Positions 58,601 through 64,000 of a stretch of DNA of 64,000 nt are shown in pieces (positions within the stretch are counted from its first letter, which is position 1; each line of letters opens with the position of its first letter). The position numbers and the translations under genes are program-made. The DNA is from Paraspadella gotoi (Eukaryota; Animalia; Chaetognatha): the NCBI GenBank assembly GCA_051294375.1, contig CM119265.1, positions 10,681,042 through 10,745,041 of the forward strand, given 5' to 3'. The notes below the pieces were generated by a model. That model saw only the letters and a list, made by a program, of their open reading frames with translations, was not told the origin of the DNA and did no database searches.

Positions 58601-61408
58601 TTTTTTCTCTTTTAATTATATGTCTCTCTCCCTCTTTTTCCTTGTTACTGATTCATAGGGAAAAAAACGAGTCTGCAGCTGGCTCTACAGGGGCTTATTC
58701 TTTTTCTCTCTTTTCTCCTGCTGCTTCTGCTGCTGCCTTTTGATTTCTTTCTCTGCAAGGGCTCTTTCTTTTTCTTTCTTTTCTCCTGCTGCTTCTGCTG
58801 CTGCCTTTTGATTTCTTTCTTTTTGTCTGGCTGCCTCTGCTGCTGCCGCTGCTGATTCGTCCGAAAACGATTTGGCTTCTCTCTCTCTCTCTCTCTCTGT
58901 TGATGTTTATTTTTTGACAATGAAAAAGTTTATTTTTCTTTTTCAGAAACTAACTTTAATTTTCCTCGGTACTTTATTATTTTTTTAATTGACAATCGCA
59001 AAATAAAATAAAATCAGTTTATAAATTAATTTTCTTTTCTCAAATTTTATTTTTTTAAGTATCCAAATTTGTCGTCAATCCAGATTTTTCTTATGCGATT
59101 ACGACGATCCTTATGCTTTTTAGATTTTTTTTTCTTTCCTCTCTATTCCTTATTTCATTTCTATTCTTTCTTTCCTTTCTATTCCTTCTTTCCTTTCTAT
59201 TACTTCTTTCCTTTCTATTCTTTATTTCCCTTCTATTCTTTCTTTCCTTTCTATTCTTTCTTTCCTTTCTATTCTTTCTTTATATTTATTCTTTTCTTCT
59301 TTTGCTTTCTGCTTATAAATTAATTTTCTTTTTTCAAATTTGATTTTTTTTAGTATAAAAAATTTGTCGTCAATCCAGATTTTTCTTATGTGATTGCAAC
59401 GATCCTATTGCTTTTAAGATTTTTTAAAATCTACATTGCGTGTGAAAGAGATTAGAGGAAAACTGAAAGCCAGAAGGAAATTGCGTTAGGTCGCTTTAAG
59501 TCGCCTTGCGTTAAGCCTTACTTATGTTAGGCGAAAATCTCACTTAAAAAAAAATTCAAATTTTTTCTAATAGTAGGAGCCGACGTCGTTCTTAAAGATC
59601 GAGGAAGATATTTTCAATGGAGATTTTCGTTCAAATCTGACTACCAAACCATATAAACGTTCCTGGGAAAATCTTTCAGTAAAAAATCGATGTAAAAACA
59701 CTTGATTCCGATCCTTTTTTTTTTTCTTGTCAAATCATCAACATCTTACTGATACAGAAGCAGTCTATTTATTCGGGCTTGTTTGATATCAAAATGTTGA
59801 TAATTTGACAAGAGGAAAAAAATGCGAGCTCTTCAGACGCAAGACTGTCGGAATCGAGCATTTTTACATCTATTTTTTACCGGAATTTTCCCCAGGGGCG
59901 TTTATAAAGTTTGGTAGTCAGATCCGAAAGAAAATCTCCATTGAAAAAATCTTCCTTAACTTCTAAGAGCGACGTAATCTCTCTACTTTTAAGTACCGTG
60001 AGTGGATGAATACTAGGACTAGCTCTGACAAAAAAAGTCAGAGGTTTTTTTAATATATTCTTAGACCGGCCAATGTAGAATGATGGCAATATTGCTATTT
60101 TTTAAGTTTCAAAAAAATCCGACCATAAATATAGAAAATATTAACCAAAATCTTCGGAAAATCCACCCCTTCTTTGGAAGATTTTTGCCATATAAGATTT
60201 TTTCAGAAATCTGACTCCCGGTTGAAAACTCTTAGAATTCCGATCGTTAGCTCTCTCTTTTACTTTTACTTTAAATAAAAATTTCACCAAAATGGACTAA
60301 TTCACTTTAACATGATCGTATCATATTCAAATAACCAAATGAAATGTAAAGAAAAATTTTGAGAGCCCTTCAGACATATTGCTATCAGATTCCTGAATTC
60401 GAAGTTTATTGTAAAATACAACTTAAAATGCGTTGACATTGTATTGAAGTTGAGAAATCCCTTTATTTTATATATAAAAATTGTCAAAAAATATTTTCCC
60501 GAGCGGACCAGTCCATTTGAATCGAATGGTTCGATGTCAAAATGATGGTTATTTGTCAAGAGAAAAAAATGCGAGCCCTTCAGATGCAACAGGATCGGAA
60601 TCGAGTGTTTTTACATCTATTTTTTACCTGAATTTTTCCCAGGGGCGTTGACATTATTTGGTAGTCAGATTTTAACAAAAATCTCCATTGAAAAAGTTTC
60701 TCGATTTCTAAGAACGACGTAGACTCCTATGAATACGTTCCGAGTAGAGATGAAGAAAGAGATTTAAGTGGGTCTGTTGTCTGACGATGAGAATGATCGT
60801 AGGTACTTAAAGCAAAGGGGAAACAAGACATGCAAACTATGAAAATAAATCTCTGATGCTAAACAAATCCCATGTTGGTTTGATGAACCTTGGAGAAAGA
60901 ACTCTCAAATCAACCCTGATAACAGGTCTAAATGTCGACATAACCCTATATCGCTCCTTTTTACAGGTCTACGTTTACTTCGATGTCCAGCGTCAATCGT
61001 GGTTCTCTCCTTTCGTCCCCAACGAAGAGGAACACATGTGGGGCTACGAGAACTCTGTCCTTTTTTACGTCTCCGTCTTTCAATACATCACCGCCGCCGT
61101 CGCTTTTTCCAAGGGCGCGCCCTACCGGAAGAGCATCTTCTCCAACTACCTCTTCCTGATGGCTCTGGTCATCTTAACCGGTAAGTTATGGAGTGGCTAA
61201 AATTTCTTTGCCACCCGAAAATAAATCTACACGAACACCCTTGTTATTCCGTCCGCAGCTTCTTCGATCGGGATTTTGCTTTATCCGCCTCAAGCGCTCG
61301 CCGATTGGATGGAACTTCGAACCTTTCCGGAGTTCTTCTACTCGTTGAAGATTTTCGGCCTCGTGTCTCTCTACTTTTTTATCTCCCTTTTTGTCGAGAT
61401 GATCATCG
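37541..61408 (+). CDS. P5B-type ATPase (ATP13A2/3/4/5-like, putative polyamine transporter); 3' end beyond the window
   Basis: Approximate exons 37541-37941, 38045-38195, 38343-38575, 38705-38829, 38902-39020, 39183-39290 (MLTGES), 39368-39453, 41010-41188, 41262-41458 (PPALP, CFDKT), 41544-41760 (GTLTEDG, GDPLD), 41874-42076, 42148-42339, 42835-43017 (MVTGDN), 43391-43584, 44082-44430 ([12 protein letters not shown]), 47199-47381, 60967-61180 and 61259-61408. PPALP in TM4 marks P5B rather than P5A (PPELP). Confidence 0.95.
39607..40220. mobile_element. TIR MITE beginning CACAGT
   Basis: cacagtaccccttttttgtgaccagaa ... ttctggtcacaaaaaaggggtactgtg. Imperfect inverted similarity extends about 120 bp (actatcgaggcgaattt / aaattcgcctcgatagt). 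No clear TSD. Confidence 0.75.
40217..40889 (-). mobile_element. Internally deleted Ty3/Gypsy LTR retrotransposon
   Basis: Complete 206-bp 3' LTR at 40217-40422 (TGTGGCAG...CTGCCACA), adjacent PPT ggtggggggatg at 40423-40434, integrase C-terminal remnant [21 protein letters not shown], and truncated 5' LTR at about 40806-40889. Confidence 0.8.
43072..43262 (-). mobile_element. Second copy of the tRNA-containing TG...TA element
   Basis: Reverse complement of 13016-13269, lacking about 60 nt internally. Confidence 0.7.
44650..44822. repeat. (TTGCC)-based minisatellite
   Basis: Repeated cttgccttgcctttgcc units. Confidence 0.8.
46627..46669 (+). ncRNA. Minimal type-I hammerhead ribozyme (Penelope-like-element type), intact core
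   Basis: gacg-CTGAAGA-a-ggctt gcaacta aagcc-GAAA-catg-TC-cgtt: stem I gacg/cgtt, stem II ggctt/aagcc, palindromic ACATGT in place of stem III, GUC cleavage triplet. Confidence 0.75.
47803..48027 (+). mobile_element. GC-rich structured short element with tgtggcg...gttgccata termini (solo-LTR-like)
   Basis: Same termini as the 13016 element and a similar gatgc...gcatc 3' hairpin, but a different interior. Confidence 0.5.
48420..49270. repeat. Unclassified interspersed repeat with atcgtcgcaa...ttgcgacgat hairpins
   Basis: Hairpins at about 48798-48828 and 49177-49207. Partial copies at about 49560-49735 (inverted), 54980-55200 and 58650-58930. Confidence 0.6.
51375..51421. repeat. Perfect palindrome with 23-bp arms and a 1-nt spacer
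   Basis: aaatcgacagattttgcggaaaa-a-ttttccgcaaaatctgtcgattt. Confidence 0.9.
53035..53080 (-). ncRNA. Minimal hammerhead ribozyme with a core mismatch
   Basis: Reverse complement reads tatg-CGGATGA-a-ggcttg aagtaa caagcc-GAAA-catg-TC-caac. The U4 to G change could be a mutation or a read error. Confidence 0.55.
55020..57847 (-). repeat. Indel-rich inverted copy of about 45403-45484 plus 47151-49270, including a degraded ATP13A exon; abuts an N gap
   Basis: Collinear reverse complement with dense single-base insertions. The exon 47199-47381 copy lies at about 57460-57720. Confidence 0.85.
57848..57871. other. Assembly gap (second gap at 31308-31317)
   Basis: Runs of N. Confidence 1.
58140..58330. 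repeat. Degenerate telomere-like (ccctaa / ccttaacttacc) tract
   Basis: Repeated ccctaaccttaacttacc units. Confidence 0.6.
59135..59280. repeat. 18-bp minisatellite (tttctattctttctttcc) between about 90-bp direct repeats
   Basis: Flanking direct repeats at about 59020-59125 and 59315-59420. Confidence 0.75.
59572..60730. mobile_element. Long-TIR (foldback/Mutator-like) non-autonomous element
   Basis: The about 140-bp segment 59572-59715 is inverted at 60590-60730, with a third copy at 59845-59985. Confidence 0.6.
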
Positions 61409-61589
61409 TGAGTATTGAGACTGAGTGGGGGAGAGAGAGAGAGTGAGTGAATGAATGAATGAATGAATATAAGCGAATACGGCCTTGGGCACGCCTATTG
61501 CGGCCTATGTAGCCTTTTGGCTCAGATATTAACAACAGGTGACATTTAAGATACTAAACATTACAACGGAAATAGTTGTAGAACACGAT

Positions 61590-61960
61590 TTAAAAATTAG
61601 TGTTTAGGACAATCGAGACCGAGACCGTAAAATGCCACAAGATGTTCTTTTCTCGTGGTAACAAAACGTAATGGAGATTTGTACGTCTTAGGGTCATCGA
61701 GTTCCATTTCTTGATGTCTCGAAAAAGTGAATTGTTTTTGATGATGTTTTCTAGCCTTCCTTTGGCTCTTGAGATGATTTTGTTTTTGAGGGAGGATTTT
61801 CCTGCTGCATCGTATACGAGCTTTGCTGATGTATGGATTGGAAGCTTTAATAATGTTTTTATGGCCCTCAAAGGTAGCTTCTCTAATTTAGACCACTGAT
61901 AATCGGACATTGTAAGCCAGATGACACTGGAGTAATCAAAAATAGAAGGGACAATGTAGA
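61590..61960 (-). mobile_element. Non-LTR retrotransposon (LINE) RT C-terminal fragment
   Basis: PSIFDYSSVIW...KLEKLPLRAIKTLLKLPIHTSAKLVY resembles the conserved post-RT P-x-x-DY-x-x-x-x-W...KLE..QxRALR segment of LINE ORF2. Confidence 0.6.
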
Positions 61961-63375
61961 TATGTCGCTCCGCGCTTAGAAAAAAATCCGAAAGAACGAA
62001 GCGGTTTCTGATAATTTTGGTTCCTAGCAATTTTTGCACCAGTAGCGCAGTAAATATTACAAAACCATGGATGATTTCTGAAACTGCAGTGTTTGGGCTA
62101 TCCAACGCTGCCGGAACAAAGAAAATAAACACGGCACTTAGTCTGATTTCTTTTTAAATTTTTTTTATTTGGGGGTATTTACTGTATAAATCAAATATAC
62201 AGCGGTCATGCACTGATTCCAATGCTCTTCGGTTTAGCCTAACTTTCAAGCACATAACGAAAAAAATAAATTGATGTCATAGTAAGAAATAATAGCAATT
62301 AATCCTAATTTTTTTTAAAAAATTTGTTGTCATTTTTGTTTCTTACTGTTTTTGCCAAAGAAGATTGAAGAGAAGTCGTGATGATAATGTCCCGGAAATG
62401 TATATGTTGAAATACGCTTTTTTTACATGATGAGTTTTCTAGCGCGAAAAAACCTCTTTGCCGTTTTTCTTTTGAAGTTTTTGATCTTCTCTTTAAAATA
62501 TAGGATTAATATGAATCGTTTTTCAGGAAGTGTATTTTTAACTACGTTTTCGCAAAATACTTTTTTCATCACTAAGCAGAGAATAGCTGATATATAATAT
62601 GCGTATTTTTCGAGTAACTTTAATATTAAGATCGTTTTTATGTATCCTCCCTCATTGAGAGTAGGAGACGTTCTCAGAATAGCATTTCAGTACACACATG
62701 AATTAAATTTAGAGAGAAAAGAGAGAGAGAAGCATTGGTAGAGAGAGCCATAATGAACAACTAGAGGAAGAAAACGGAAATTCATATGAAAATAGGTAAG
62801 GTTGGATCTAAAAGATATTTAAATGTATAGAGCATTAGTCTGCTCTCGCATCACACCGCCGCTTAGAAAAATATTATATCTAACCTGAATTCGTAATCAT
62901 CGACAAGAAACGAATGCAGGTTCTGATAATCTGAGTTCCTGAGTCAATTTTATTGCTATTCTCTCTATTTCATGCTATGCAAAATAATATATCGTTTCAC
63001 CAAAGAGCGTCTATTAGGATGATATCTTGTAAACTTGCAAGTGATTCTTGGCGTCTATATTACAACGGATGTGCGATGCGAATCTGAAACAGCAGTTTTT
63101 CTTGTGCTTCTATAGCTAATAAAGTAAAATGTAATACGCACTGCACTTAGTCTGATTTCTTTTTAAAATTTTTTCATTTGGGTATTACTGTATAAAATCA
63201 AATTAATACAGCGGTCGATGCACTGATTCCAATGCTCTTCGGTTTAGCCTAAACTTTCAAAGCACATAACGAAAAAAATAAATTGAGTCATAAAGAAGAA
63301 TAAAGCAATTAATCCAAATTTTTTTCTGAAAAATTGTGTTGTATCATTTCTCTGTTCTTTACTGTTTTGCCAAAC
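61955..63375 (+). repeat. Tandem duplication with an insertion-rich second copy
   Basis: About 61955-62357 is repeated at about 62820-63375 with many single-base insertions. Confidence 0.75.
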
Positions 63376-64000
63376 ATGCCCTATTTAAATTATAAAAAAT
63401 ATAAAGAATTAGCTATGAAACTACAATGTCTTAAGTACATTTCGTTCGTCGCCGAAAATAGAAAATTCATTGAAGCTATCATAGGTATCCAAAAGGAGCC
63501 TTCGAAATAACCTCACTTTTCTTTGCAATATTACCCTATTAAATTGATAAAAGCCTGTATCTCATAGATAAAAAATAAAAACAACAATGTTTATCCAAGC
63601 AGCGGACATGGCATTAGCGTGTTATATAAAAGATTGTATGGTCTTCTTTAAATAAAAAAGGGCCACAGTCATTGAGGCTCTTTCTTCTCCTTATATTTCA
63701 CTTTCCTATCCTCAGCTAATATCAACTAATCCTTTCACATTTCAAAATTTCATAACTGCATCGTTAACTAATCCTTTAGTCTAACATATTTAAGATTAAG
63801 ATAATTGTTAAACTCTTACTGACATTTAGTTGTTCAAATTTTACTCTTGTGTTGTACATTACACAAATGTAGTCTTTAATACTTTTTATTTATCCCTGTA
63901 TGTCCCTCTCTCTCATCTCGCCTCCTCTCTCTCCTCTAACAAATTTCATTTCTTTTTACAACTCACTCAATCTGTCCAAACTTCAGGCCTGTTCTCCTCT

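Overview
This is AT-rich, intron-dense eukaryotic DNA, most likely from an invertebrate animal, with GC/CpG-rich exons and mostly 60-90 nt introns. It holds four spliced genes: the 3' end of a neurocalcin/hippocalcin-like NCS gene (+), USP7 (-), a CaMKK with a very long N-terminus (-), and a P5B-type ATPase of the ATP13A2-5 type (+, running off the window). Long introns and intergenic DNA are packed with non-autonomous elements: DINE-1/HINE-like elements, hAT and Tc1/mariner MITEs, a deleted Gypsy LTR element, tRNA-containing TG..TA elements and a LINE fragment. The most notable hidden signal is a dispersed family of minimal type-I hammerhead ribozyme motifs (CTGANGA-A-stemII-GAAACATGTC), several sitting in foldback structures. 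Parts of the window look like unpolished long-read sequence, including an indel-ridden inverted copy of about 45.4-49.3 kb at 55-57.8 kb that lacks a 1.67 kb insertion. Coordinates were read by eye and repeat boundaries are approximate.
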